Assembly (NCBI GenBank): GCA_014360015.1
Contig: JACIYJ010000003.1
Coordinates: 6,197 to 70,196 of the forward strand
From: Candidatus Aminicenantes bacterium
Lineage (GTDB): Bacteria > Acidobacteriota > Aminicenantia > Aminicenantales > Saccharicenantaceae
Direction of reading: 5' to 3'
Length of the DNA stretch: 64,000 bases
Each line of letters starts with the position of its first letter. Within the stretch, counting starts at the first letter, position 1. Of the stretch, positions 1 to 9,344 are shown piece by piece. Below the pieces are notes generated by a model, which was not told the origin of the DNA, did not search any database, and saw nothing but the letters and a program-made list of their open reading frames with translations. Position numbers and translations under genes: made by a program.

Positions 1-1226
1 TAGATATAAATGAACTTCCGCAGACGGTCCTGAGTGTAATAAAGCTCCCTGCCTTTTTCGTCCTGAATCTTCAGGATCTGCAAGTCGGGGTTAAAACGGA
101 GCTGCAAGCTATCCAGATTTTCAGTCCGGGAAACGAGGTCAATGGCCACTTTGGCTGCCATTAAATTATTTTCAGGTTTGTAGCTAACTTCGAGCTGGTA
201 GTTCTTTATTTCAAATTTCTCGCCGAAACGGACAAACATTCGCTTCTGGCCTGGCTCCCCTTCCACAGGAGAATAACTATTAAGCAGCCTGTTGTGAGTT
301 CGGTCGAAAAAGGAAATTTCTTCTTCGGCAAATGGAGAAAAAATATAGGTGAACTCTCCCTTTTTGGCTGTCTTCATCTCTATCACTGTTTCATCCGATT
401 GGGGCAGGAAAGTCAGCAATTCCTTAGTCAGAGAATTTTCAACGGTGAAGGAGCGCGGGTAGTTCTTAGAAAAGATAGAATAGACCAGATTATTCATTAC
501 TTCAGGGGAAGTGGTCGGTTGAGTTCTCTCCACCGGTTCATAGGTCAGGTTACTTTTGAAAAAATTTTGACCGGCTCTGATATAAACATATTCCAGGTTG
601 TCCTCAAAAAATGACTTTTTATACTTCCTGACCAACTGGTTTCTCTCAATTTCATCCGAAGGCTGAAAATGAACCTGTCCCCGGCCGACGATGATGAGGG
701 CAGTATCGAGGTCAGGCAGATTATCAAAAAAGATGTCACCTTCTGAAAAGGTTATGGTGATATCTTTCTGGGTCAGGCGGATATTTCTGGCTGAAACACT
801 GCTCTCGCCAGGAAAGCGCAAACGGTAGAGATTGGTCAGGCTGCTGCTGATAGTTCTGCTATGAATTATGATTCCTTCGGAAATCTGCTGGTAAGAAATC
901 TGCCAGATTTCGATAATGGCTGAATACTTATTCTGAAACAGCACCTGGAAAAAGGCCCGGTTGAGACCATTGCGGTCACGGCTTTCTCCAGCATAAAACA
1001 TAGACAGAGATTCCATTCTGGCAGTCTGGAAATAGGCTTGAAGAGCAGAATTTTCTTTTTCCCTGATTTCCGGAATGCACAAAGATAGATATGCTTCAAA
1101 ATCTCTGGCTTCCAGAGATTCCTTGAGCAATAAAAGATGTGAAGGAATTTCCGTCTGAGCCAACAGCGGGCTAAACACAAAACAAAAAATTAAAACCAAG
1201 AGACTCAGGAAAAAGCTTTTTTTTAC
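1..1226 (-). CDS. hypothetical secreted protein. The 3' end runs off the window and the start is uncertain
   Basis: Continuous minus-strand reading frame from the window edge to about 1226 encoding a protein with an N-terminal signal-peptide-like segment (KKSFFLSLLVLIFCFVFSPLLAQ). A GGAGG RBS lies at 1236-1241 (rc) but no canonical start codon follows at the right spacing; an in-frame TTG at 1197-1199 is possible. Absent from the ORF track because it is edge-truncated. Confidence 0.45.
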
Positions 1227-1447
1227 CCCAAAACTCCTCCTTTATCTCCTTTTATATTATACGCTGAACTTACATTTAGGTTTACCTTCGTGTATAAAGC
1301 AGCTTTGATGAGAGAACAGTTCAGGCTTTCGGTGAAGGAACAGGTAATGTTATTACCCGAGAAGAGTCAAATTAGATGATATTTTTTTGGCAGGCAGGCA
1401 AAAATCGATCAGAAACTTTACCTGGTCTGTGGAAATTATTTTTACAA

Positions 1448-1903
1448 TTAAGGTTGAGGCTTGGGCTCTTCTTTTTCTTTTTTCTCTTTTTTCAGGTATT
1501 CTTCCCAGGTGACAAAGCTGTGGTAGAAGATGGCATCGCCTTCGTCAATCCCCCTGGTAATCTCGGTGATGTGGGAAGTGGTCGCCCCAAAGGCTTCAAC
1601 CGCATAAATCACAGCTTTTTCCGGGTCGATGTTGTTGCCGCAGGTATAGATATCAAGAGCCCCATACCTCATCTCTGGCCAGGTGTGAGTGGAAATGTGA
1701 GACTCAGAGATAACCACCACACCGCTAACACCGTTGGGCGGGAATTTACTGAAAGAAATTGACCAGACCTGGGCTCCGGCAATCTCTGCTGCCTTGACCA
1801 GAATCTGCTGCACTTTTTCCACGCTGCCGATTATCTTCGGGTCGCACCCCGAAGCCTCAACGATGTAATGATGGCCGATAGTGGAATGAAACTCTTTGGT
1901 CAT
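1448..1903 (-). CDS. speH: S-adenosylmethionine decarboxylase proenzyme, small pyruvoyl-dependent class (SpeH/SpeD-type)
   Basis: 151 aa with the diagnostic self-cleavage motif VVVISESHISTHTWPE (Glu-Ser cleavage giving the pyruvoyl group); size and motif match bacterial/archaeal class 1 AdoMetDC. Confidence 0.85.
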   Translation of the reverse strand: MTKEFHSTIGHHYIVEASGCDPKIIGSVEKVQQILVKAAEIAGAQVWSISFSKFPPNGVSGVVVISESHISTHTWPEMRYGALDIYTCGNNIDPEKAVIYAVEAFGATTSHITEITRGIDEGDAIFYHSFVTWEEYLKKEKKEKEEPKPQP

Positions 1904-1979
1904 TCATTTCCTCCGCAGTAAATTATCAAGTTGATTATGGCATAAATGTGGTGCATGTCAATAATTTTCGAACGAAAAA

Positions 1980-2423
1980 TTAAAGCGGCAATCTTGGCTC
2001 GTTTTTGACCACATTCAGCACCAGATGGGTAACGGTGCGGTCGATATACTTAAGCGAAAGCACTCTCTTAATGAACTGGTTTAAATCTTCGCGGTCGATA
2101 AAATATCCGATAAGAATAGAATCCCAGTCGCCGGTCACATCATACACGGCCATTACCCGTTTGTCTTCGGCAATTTTTTTCTGAGTTTCCAACAACTTGC
2201 CCTGCGATATTCTGAGGGCAATAATGGCTATGAGGCCAAAGCCAAAATATTCTGGGTTGAGGACCGGTACATAGCCTCTGATGGCTCCGATTTCTTCTAA
2301 TTTTTTTATGGTCTGGATGACTGCCGGTACAGAAACTCCTGTCTCTCTTGAGATTTCTCGATAGCTTTTCCGAGCATCTTTGTTCAGACAATTGACAATC
2401 TTTCTTTCTGTTTCTGTAGCCAT
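1980..2423 (-). CDS. Lrp/AsnC-family transcriptional regulator
   Basis: N-terminal HTH (SYREISRETGVSVPAVIQTIKKLEE) plus a C-terminal RAM domain. ATG at 2423 is preceded by GGGAGGG with 4-nt spacing; the track ORF extends to a TTG at 2480 but the ATG+RBS start is better supported. Confidence 0.8.
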   Translation of the reverse strand: MATETERKIVNCLNKDARKSYREISRETGVSVPAVIQTIKKLEEIGAIRGYVPVLNPEYFGFGLIAIIALRISQGKLLETQKKIAEDKRVMAVYDVTGDWDSILIGYFIDREDLNQFIKRVLSLKYIDRTVTHLVLNVVKNEPRLPL

Positions 2424-2463
2424 TTTTCCCTCCCTAAAACAATTATAAATTAAATTGTCTAAG

Positions 2464-2495
2464 ATATTGACAATTGTCAATATTATATTAAAATT
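2464..2495. promoter_or_regulatory. 20-bp perfect palindrome ATATTGACAATTGTCAATAT (2464-2483) in the divergent lrp/glnA intergenic region, containing TTGACA -35-like hexamers on both strands; candidate operator plus glnA promoter (TAAAAT at 2489-2494)
   Basis: Read directly: 2464-2483 is its own reverse complement. It lies 40 bp upstream of the lrp ATG and 96 bp upstream of the glnA ATG. -10 assignment is weak. Confidence 0.4.
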
Positions 2496-2578
2496 AGTTT
2501 AAATTTATTTTAGGTTAGACTCATAGGGTTAACATATGTTTATTGCCAAATTTAATTTTACTTTGAAAGGAGAAAAGA

Positions 2579-3976
2579 ATGCAAGAAGAAATTAAAGGCC
2601 TTTTCGGGTTCTCTTCGGAAAAAGAAGTTCTTCAGATAGTCAACAATTCCGAGCTGAAAATAGAATTTGTCAGGATTATGTTCCCCGATATTCTGGGAAG
2701 GCCCATGGATTTCTCCATTCCCAGCGCTGAACTGGAAAAAGCTTTTTCTGAAGGTAAAGGGTTTGATGGCTCCTCAATTGAAGGCTTTGTCCGCATCGAA
2801 GAAAGCGACCTGATAATCGTCCCTGACCCCAGAACTTTCAGAGTTTTCCCCTGGACTTATCGTGGGTTTGATGAGAGCATTTCCTGGCGCGAGGCCATAA
2901 TGTTCGGCGATATTTACACCCCTGACGGCAAGCATTACGCTGGCGACAGTCGCTGGGTGCTCAAGAGAACGCTGGAAAAAGCCAGAGAAAGCTTCGGCTT
3001 CGAAGATTTCAAATGCGGACCGGAAATGGAATTCTTCATCTTCTCGGATGACCAGACACCCATCCCGACTGACATGGGCGGCTACTTCTTTGCTGGAAAA
3101 CATGGAGAAATCCGCAAAGAGATTCAGCTTCTCCTGAAAAAAATGGGTATCGAATCAGAATACGACCACCACGAAGTGGCTCATGGCCAGCACGAGATTG
3201 ACCTCAGGTATCAGAGCGCCTTAGACATGGCTGATATCGTTATGATTTTCAGATATATGGCCAAGAAAGTGGCCAGGATGCACAATCTTTACGCCACTTT
3301 TATGCCCAAGCCAATCAATGGTCAGAACGGGAGCGGCATGCATGTTCATCAGTCACTCTGGAAGAATGGCCACAATGCTTTCTTTGAGAAAGATGCTCCC
3401 TATCATCTCTCGGCCGAAGCCCGCCACTACATGGCTGGAATCATCCATCACGCCCGGGAAATCTGCTCGATATTCAGCCAGTGGGTGAACTCTTACAAAA
3501 GGTTAATCGAAGGCTATGAAGCGCCAGTTTACATTGCCTGGGGACAGAAAAACCGCTCAGCCTACATTCGTGTTCCAGAATATCAGCCTGGAAAAGAGAA
3601 GGCTACCCGCATCGAACTCCGTTCGCCCGACCCCGGCTGCAACATCTACTTAGCCTTAGCCACCATGCTCTCAGCCGGGCTGGATGGAATTAAAAATAAG
3701 TTGGAACTCCCGGAGCCGGTTGAAGAAAATATTTACCATATGAGCCCAACCAGACAGAAAAAGCAAGGCATCCAGGTGCTTCCCAGAAACTTAGAAGAAG
3801 CCATCAAGCTCACAGAAAAAAGCCCGTTGGTCAGAGAAACCCTCGGCGAGCATATTTTCCAGAAGTTCCTGACCAACAAACAAAAAGAAATAGATGACTA
3901 CAAGAAAAACGTGCCTGATGAATACGACAAACAAGTCAGCCCCTATGAGATAAAAAGATACTTACCTATTTTATGA
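2579..3976 (+). CDS. glnA: glutamine synthetase, type I
   Basis: 465 aa; conserved GS catalytic-domain motifs (KPINGQNGSGMHVHQSLW; HHEVAHGQHEIDLRY) and N-terminal beta-grasp domain; AAAGGAG RBS at 2565-2572. Confidence 0.9.
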   Translation: MQEEIKGLFGFSSEKEVLQIVNNSELKIEFVRIMFPDILGRPMDFSIPSAELEKAFSEGKGFDGSSIEGFVRIEESDLIIVPDPRTFRVFPWTYRGFDESISWREAIMFGDIYTPDGKHYAGDSRWVLKRTLEKARESFGFEDFKCGPEMEFFIFSDDQTPIPTDMGGYFFAGKHGEIRKEIQLLLKKMGIESEYDHHEVAHGQHEIDLRYQSALDMADIVMIFRYMAKKVARMHNLYATFMPKPINGQNGSGMHVHQSLWKNGHNAFFEKDAPYHLSAEARHYMAGIIHHAREICSIFSQWVNSYKRLIEGYEAPVYIAWGQKNRSAYIRVPEYQPGKEKATRIELRSPDPGCNIYLALATMLSAGLDGIKNKLELPEPVEENIYHMSPTRQKKQGIQVLPRNLEEAIKLTEKSPLVRETLGEHIFQKFLTNKQKEIDDYKKNVPDEYDKQVSPYEIKRYLPIL

Positions 3977-4229
3977 GAATTATGAAACCCAAAACCTGAT
4001 CGATTGAAGTCTTTCAGGAGCTGAATTTTAACCAGAGTTTTTTGCCAGATCAAAAAATTTGCTCATGCTTTATTGGGAAAAAGCTCGTTGGTTTAGATCT
4101 CAAAAATCCAGATGTTTTTCACTCAACTAAAGTCTTAGTTCAACTTCAGCTGCTTTTGCCTGCAATTACCGGCCGTTTCTTGTTTCTACTGTTTATAATA
4201 TCGAGTCCTGAGTAGAAAGAAAATTTTTC

Positions 4230-4259
4230 TTGACAAGCAATTTTTAATTTTTATATAAG
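4230..4259 (+). promoter_or_regulatory. candidate sigma-70 promoter (TTGACA-N16/17-TATATA/ATATAA) about 200 bp upstream of the nuoE-like operon
   Basis: TTGACA at 4230-4235, TATATA at 4252-4257; positional inference only. Confidence 0.3.
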
Positions 4260-4459
4260 AAAATTGTATTTATAGGGTTTTAGGTTAAGAAGGAGTTATA
4301 CATTTTTAGCAATTCATTCCTTCTTGGTCTTCCTTCCTTTAAAAAGATTGTGGTGTATCTTTTTATCTCCGGGGGAAAACTTTTCAGCCAAAAGCCTGCG
4401 CTTACCATCGTTATTAAGAAGGGCTTTAATTATTTATTCCATAAAACGGGAGGCTTGCT

Positions 4460-4933
4460 TTGAGTGTCAATCAAACGGTCAACCTGGATAAAGTCCAGGA
4501 AATAATCGAAAGGCATGGCGGTAATAAAAGTAAGCTGATTTCCATCCTTCAGGATATTCAAGCAGTCTACCATTACCTGCCAGCAGAGGCTCTAAAGACA
4601 ATCTCGAGGTTGTTAAAAATTCCTCTGATAGACATCGTCTCCGTGGCCACCTTTTACCGGGCCTTCAGCCTAAAACCCCGAGGCAAGCATGTGGCCACTG
4701 TCTGCATGGGTACAGCTTGTCATGTGCGGGGCGCACCCAAGATTCTGGAAGAGTTCGAACGCCAGCTCCAAATCAAGAAGGGAGAAACTTCAAAGGACGG
4801 CGAATGGTCCTTAGAAAGTGTGGCCTGTCTTGGTTGCTGCGCCATCGGCCCGGTGGTGGTGGTTGACGGAGATTACCATGCTCATACCAGTATCAGAAAG
4901 GTTCCGAATATTCTTAAAAAATACCGGAAGTGA
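4460..4933 (+). CDS. NuoE/HoxE/HndA-like thioredoxin-fold [2Fe-2S] ferredoxin subunit (24 kDa subunit family)
   Basis: 157 aa; Cys pattern CMGTACHVRG...CLGCCAIGP typical of the NuoE 24-kDa family. TTG start with RBS ACGGGAGG; 4-nt overlap with the next gene. Confidence 0.85.
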   Translation: MSVNQTVNLDKVQEIIERHGGNKSKLISILQDIQAVYHYLPAEALKTISRLLKIPLIDIVSVATFYRAFSLKPRGKHVATVCMGTACHVRGAPKILEEFERQLQIKKGETSKDGEWSLESVACLGCCAIGPVVVVDGDYHAHTSIRKVPNILKKYRK

Positions 4934-6846
4934 GAACAGCCATGAAAAGAATAAAGAAAATAAAGACAATCGACGAGTTAAAAAAATTAATAGAGGAACA
5001 GGAGCTCAGCCGGAAACAGGAACCAAAGAAGGTCATAACCGTTTCTTCCGGAACCTGCGGCCAGGCTCGTGGCTCTTTAAAAGTCATCGAGGCCTTGAAA
5101 AAAGCCATCAAGGCTGAAGGCCTGGAAGAAAAGGTTAAACTGCGCATCACCGGCTGTCATGGCTTCTGCGAAGCTGAGCCCAATATTATTATTTATCCCG
5201 ATGGAATTTTTTATCAGAAGCTGACGCCTGCCGATGTCCGGACTATCATCAAGGAGACAGTTGCTGAAGGAAAAATAGTTGAAAAACTGCTTTACAAAGA
5301 TCCGCAGACCGGCACAAGAGCGGTTAAAGAAAGTGATATTCCGTTTTATCAAAAGCAAAAGAGAATCGTTCTGGGTGATAATGTTTTTGTCGACCCGACC
5401 AGCCTGCTCGATTATTTCTCCATTGGCGGTTTTCGTTCCTTTCTTAAAGCTCTGACCGAGCTCAAACCGGATGACATCATCCAAACGGTAAAAAAATCAG
5501 GTCTGCGCGGCCGCGGTGGAGCAGGCTTTCCCACCGGAGTCAAATGGGAAGCCACCAGACATTCTCCCGGCGATATCAAATATGTAATCTGCAACGGCGA
5601 TGAAGGCGACCCCGGTGCTTATATGGACAGAAGTGTTCTTGAAGGCAATCCATACCGGGTGATAGAGGGGATGATGATCGGAGCCTTAGCCATCGGGGCA
5701 AAGGACGGGTATATATATGTCAGAGACGAATACCCCTTAGCTGTTCGTCACGTGACCTTAGCCATTGACCAGCTCTACAAGGTCGGGCTTCTGGGCAAAG
5801 ACATCCTGGGAACCGGAGTAACTTTTGATCTGCACATCGCTAAGGGTGCCGGAGCTTTTGTCTGCGGTGAAGAAACAGCGCTGATTGCTTCGATCGAAGG
5901 CCGGGTGGGTGAGCCCAGACAGAGACCGCCTTTTCCAAGTGTTAAGGGACTCTGGGGAAAGCCCACCTGCATCAACAACGTCGAAACCTGGGCTAATATT
6001 CCTTTAATAATTAAAAACGGCGCCGACTGGTTTGCCAGCATCGGAACTGACAGAAGCAAAGGAACAAAAATATTTTCCCTCGTTGGCAAGATTAACAACA
6101 CCGGCCTGGTCGAAGTTCCCATGGGCATCACTCTCAGGGAAATCATTTACGACATCGGCGGCGGAATTCCTGATGGAAAAGCTTTCAAGGCTGTTCAGAC
6201 CGGTGGTCCATCCGGCGGCTGTCTGCCGGCCTCGCTCCTCGACCTGCCGATTGATTATGAATCATTGACCGGAGCCGGGTCCATTATGGGTTCAGGCGGA
6301 ATGATTGTTATGGATGAGAAGACCTGCATGGTGGATGTGGCTATGTACTTTTTAAACTTCCTGCGCGACGAGTCCTGCGGCAAATGCCTCTCCTGCCGGG
6401 AAGGCACCCAGCGGATGTGGGAAATTGTTAAGGACATCTCTGAAGGAAAAGGCAAGCCCGGGGACCTGGAGCTTCTGGAAGAACTGGCTTTAGCCACCAA
6501 GGATGCCTCGATGTGCGGGCTGGGACAGACTGCAGCCAACCCGGTTCTCTCTGCCCTGCGTTATTTCCGCGATGAATTTGAAGCCCACATTTACGAAAAA
6601 AGATGCCCGGCCGGCGTCTGCAAGAGCTTGATTCGCTATGTGGTCATACCCGGGAAGTGCACTGGCTGCGAGGCCTGCAAACGTGCCTGCCCGACTCAGG
6701 CTATCCAGGGAACCAGAAGTCAGCCTCATCTTATCCTCTATGACAAGTGCATAAAATGTGGAGCCTGCCTGGAAGCCTGTCATTTTGAGGCCATCGAAGC
6801 CCAGCGTGAAGAGGCCATCATCATCGAAAAAGAGGTCATGCCATGA
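4930..6846 (+). CDS. NuoF/HndC/HydB-like NAD(P)H-binding FMN flavoprotein with N-terminal [2Fe-2S] domain and C-terminal 2x[4Fe-4S] ferredoxin domain
   Basis: 638 aa; GRGGAGFPTG FMN/NADH site, NuoF [4Fe-4S] motif ESCGKCLSCREG, C-terminal CTGCEACKRACP...CIKCGACLEACH ferredoxin motifs. Confidence 0.85.
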   Translation: MRTAMKRIKKIKTIDELKKLIEEQELSRKQEPKKVITVSSGTCGQARGSLKVIEALKKAIKAEGLEEKVKLRITGCHGFCEAEPNIIIYPDGIFYQKLTPADVRTIIKETVAEGKIVEKLLYKDPQTGTRAVKESDIPFYQKQKRIVLGDNVFVDPTSLLDYFSIGGFRSFLKALTELKPDDIIQTVKKSGLRGRGGAGFPTGVKWEATRHSPGDIKYVICNGDEGDPGAYMDRSVLEGNPYRVIEGMMIGALAIGAKDGYIYVRDEYPLAVRHVTLAIDQLYKVGLLGKDILGTGVTFDLHIAKGAGAFVCGEETALIASIEGRVGEPRQRPPFPSVKGLWGKPTCINNVETWANIPLIIKNGADWFASIGTDRSKGTKIFSLVGKINNTGLVEVPMGITLREIIYDIGGGIPDGKAFKAVQTGGPSGGCLPASLLDLPIDYESLTGAGSIMGSGGMIVMDEKTCMVDVAMYFLNFLRDESCGKCLSCREGTQRMWEIVKDISEGKGKPGDLELLEELALATKDASMCGLGQTAANPVLSALRYFRDEFEAHIYEKRCPAGVCKSLIRYVVIPGKCTGCEACKRACPTQAIQGTRSQPHLILYDKCIKCGACLEACHFEAIEAQREEAIIIEKEVMP

Positions 6847-7523
6847 TTACTATGAAAATGAATGGTTTAGAAGTCAGGGCAGAAGAAGGCTGGACCATAC
6901 TGGATACGGCCAAATTTTACGGGCTGGAGATTCCCACTCTCTGCCATCATGAAGGCCTGACTCCGTATGGTGCCTGCCGGCTCTGCCTGGTGGAGATCGG
7001 AGAAGGTCCAAAAGCCAAGCTGGTTTCTTCTTGTACCTACCCAGCTGAAGAAGGCCTGGTCGTCCACACTGACACTAAACGAGTTATCCAGGCTCGTCGG
7101 ATGATGATTGAACTGATGCTCTCAGTTGCCCCTTTTTCTAAGACTATCCAGGATCTGGCATCCAAATACGGTGTTACCAGCATGCGGTTTAAAATCCGCA
7201 ATGAAGAATGCATCCTCTGTGGTCTGTGTGTCCGGATGTGTGCTGAACAGATGGACGGCAAAGCCATTGGTTTTCAGAATCGCGGCTATCAGAGAAAAAT
7301 CTCGACACCGTTTGACATCCGCTCTGAAGAATGCCGGCTGTGCGGTGGATGTATCTACATCTGTCCAGCCTGTCAGCTCAGATGTCAGGGACCACAGGCT
7401 GAAACCGCAGTCTGTAATGCCTGCCTGACCATGGATCCGACCTGCCTGGATTACTACGATGAACTCCAGTGCTGGATGTACGACGCCGGTCGCTGCGGCA
7501 CCTGCGTCAGGGAGAAAAAATAA
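6843..7523 (+). CDS. [2Fe-2S]/[4Fe-4S] iron-sulfur protein resembling the N-terminal segment of NuoG/HydA/HndD, with no catalytic domain
   Basis: 226 aa; plant-type 2Fe-2S ferredoxin fold (CHHEGLTPYGACRLC), His-ligated cluster region, then two CxxCxxCxxxCP motifs; translationally coupled (ATGA overlap) to the NuoF-like gene. Confidence 0.7.
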   Translation: MITMKMNGLEVRAEEGWTILDTAKFYGLEIPTLCHHEGLTPYGACRLCLVEIGEGPKAKLVSSCTYPAEEGLVVHTDTKRVIQARRMMIELMLSVAPFSKTIQDLASKYGVTSMRFKIRNEECILCGLCVRMCAEQMDGKAIGFQNRGYQRKISTPFDIRSEECRLCGGCIYICPACQLRCQGPQAETAVCNACLTMDPTCLDYYDELQCWMYDAGRCGTCVREKK

Positions 7524-7581
7524 ATGTTTATCTTAATAAACTCTAATTCAACAACAATAAAGGGAAAAAGGAGGTAAAACT

Positions 7582-9159
7582 ATGACCTTTACAAAAATTA
7601 ACAGGAGTGCAGCCACTTTAACCAAGAATAGAACTGAGGGTTCTATCAGCCCGTTCAGCGGGATGTGTGTCACCTGTGTTGATGGCTGTATTGGAATGTG
7701 CGAAATTGGAAAATCGGCTTATCGGGGAACAGAAGTCCTCTACCCGCAGCCCTTCGGCTTAATAACCGCCGCCTGCGAGAAGGATTATCCGGTCGATCTC
7801 TCCCATTTCAACATTATGGGCACAGTAACCGGAGCCTGGGGAGTAGAAGCTGATAGTGATAAAGCCACCTTTGAAAAAGTTTCCATAGAGACGGCTGTTG
7901 GCCACGATAAAGGCATTAAGCTCCGGGTGCCATTCATCATCTCGGGAATGGGCTCAACCAACGTGGCCAAGCAGAACTGGGCTGGACTGGCGGTTGGAGC
8001 TGCGATTTCCGGGACAATTCTGACCGTCGGGGAGAATGTCTGTGGTATGGATGAAGAAGCTGAAATCAGAAATGGCCGGGTGGTTCGTTCGCCCGACATG
8101 GAAATGAGAGTCAGAACATTCCAGGAATGGTACGATGGTTACGGCACAGTCGTGGTCCAGGCTAACGTCGAAGATACTCGTCTTGGTGTTCAGGAATACG
8201 CCATCGAAAAGCTCGGCGTTGAGGCCGTGGAACTGAAGTGGGGTCAGGGTGCCAAGGATATCGGCGGTGAAGTCAAGATTAAGTCCCTCAAAAAAGCTCA
8301 GGAGCTCAAAAGAAGAGGATATATAGTTTTGCCCGACCCTGAAGATCCAGCCGTTATCCAGGCCTTTGAAAAAGGCAGCTTCAAAGAATTCGAACGCCAT
8401 TCCCGTCTGGGCATGGTGGAAGAAGAAAGTTTCATGAAAAGAGTGGAAGAACTGAGGAAAGCTGGAGCCAAGTATATTTTTCTGAAAACCGGAGCTTACC
8501 GGCCGGCAGACCTGGCCAGGGCCGTCAAGTATGCTTCTAAGGCGAAAATCGATGTCCTGACTGTGGATGGAGCTGGCGGCGGCACCGGGATGAGTCCCTG
8601 GAGAATGATGAATGAATGGGGTATCCCTGGCGTAGAAATCTGGTCGCTGACTTATAAATATGTCGACCAGCTGGCTAAAAAAGGCGAATACGTCCCCGAT
8701 ATAGTCTTTGCCGGCGGTATAACTTTTGAAGATCAGATTTTCAAAGCCCTGGCCCTGGGCGCTCCCTATGTCAAAGCCGTCGGGATGGCCAGAGCCCCGC
8801 TGGCTTCAGTCATGGTAGGAAAGACCATCGGCAGCCGGATTAAAGATGGTCAAATTCCAGTCTATGTCGAAAGATTCGGCAACACCATCGAAGAAATCTT
8901 CATCACCGCTCCTGAACTTAAGAAGAGGTTCGGCGAAAGGTTCAACGAACTGCCTCCTGGAGCCATAGGCCTTTACACTTATTTCAAACGACTCAACCAG
9001 GGCTTGCGGCAGCTGATGGCCGGCGCCAGAAAATTCTCCCTCATTTACATTACCCGCGATGATATAGCCGCTTTAACTCAGGATGCAGCCAGAGTGAGCG
9101 GAATCAAATACATCCAGGATATCGATAAAGAAGAAGTGGAAAAAATTCTTAACAGCTGA
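7582..9159 (+). CDS. glutamate synthase FMN-binding (central GltB) domain protein, stand-alone archaeal-type, with N-terminal Cys cluster
   Basis: 525 aa; GltS_FMN signatures PFIISGMGSTNVA...GENVCG and VDGAGGGTGMSP; N-terminal CVTCVDGCIGMCE. AAGGAGG RBS at 7567-7573. No amidotransferase domain and no GXGXG domain in the cluster. Confidence 0.8.
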   Translation: MTFTKINRSAATLTKNRTEGSISPFSGMCVTCVDGCIGMCEIGKSAYRGTEVLYPQPFGLITAACEKDYPVDLSHFNIMGTVTGAWGVEADSDKATFEKVSIETAVGHDKGIKLRVPFIISGMGSTNVAKQNWAGLAVGAAISGTILTVGENVCGMDEEAEIRNGRVVRSPDMEMRVRTFQEWYDGYGTVVVQANVEDTRLGVQEYAIEKLGVEAVELKWGQGAKDIGGEVKIKSLKKAQELKRRGYIVLPDPEDPAVIQAFEKGSFKEFERHSRLGMVEEESFMKRVEELRKAGAKYIFLKTGAYRPADLARAVKYASKAKIDVLTVDGAGGGTGMSPWRMMNEWGIPGVEIWSLTYKYVDQLAKKGEYVPDIVFAGGITFEDQIFKALALGAPYVKAVGMARAPLASVMVGKTIGSRIKDGQIPVYVERFGNTIEEIFITAPELKKRFGERFNELPPGAIGLYTYFKRLNQGLRQLMAGARKFSLIYITRDDIAALTQDAARVSGIKYIQDIDKEEVEKILNS

Positions 9160-9205
9160 GTTTAGAACTAACTTTCTGAAAACTCCGTTTTCCAGTAACG
9201 GGGAA

Positions 9206-9244
9206 AAAGAGGCTGACCGGTGAGGGGTTAGCCTCTTTTTATTT
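9206..9244 (+). terminator. rho-independent terminator after the flavoprotein-GltS operon
   Basis: Stem AAAGAGGCT (9206-9214) pairs with AGCCTCTTT (9230-9238), followed by a T-run to 9244. Confidence 0.5.
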
Positions 9245-9344
9245 GACGAGCTTTTTAAAAAAATAAATCTCAGATCGTTTACCCACTTTCAGGCATAGAC
9301 TTACCCCCTTCTCTTATGGTATAAAAAAGAGACCAAGAGAAACG

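Noticed and set aside
1180-1244. Start codon of the edge-truncated secreted protein.
   Set aside because: No ATG/GTG/TTG at appropriate spacing from the GGAGG RBS in the coding frame; reported with an approximate end and lowered confidence rather than forcing a start.
7954-8400. 148-aa minus-strand ORF inside the gltS-FMN gene, and many similar antisense or overlapping ORFs in the track (for example 2774-3103, 5077-5484, 13653-14351, 15067-15633, 20052-20756, 29209-29709, 41493-42005, 49356-49811, 61316-61714).
   Set aside because: All are fully embedded in, and antisense or out of frame to, longer ORFs with clear homology-type signatures. Their translations are low-complexity or atypical in composition, so they are shadow ORFs.
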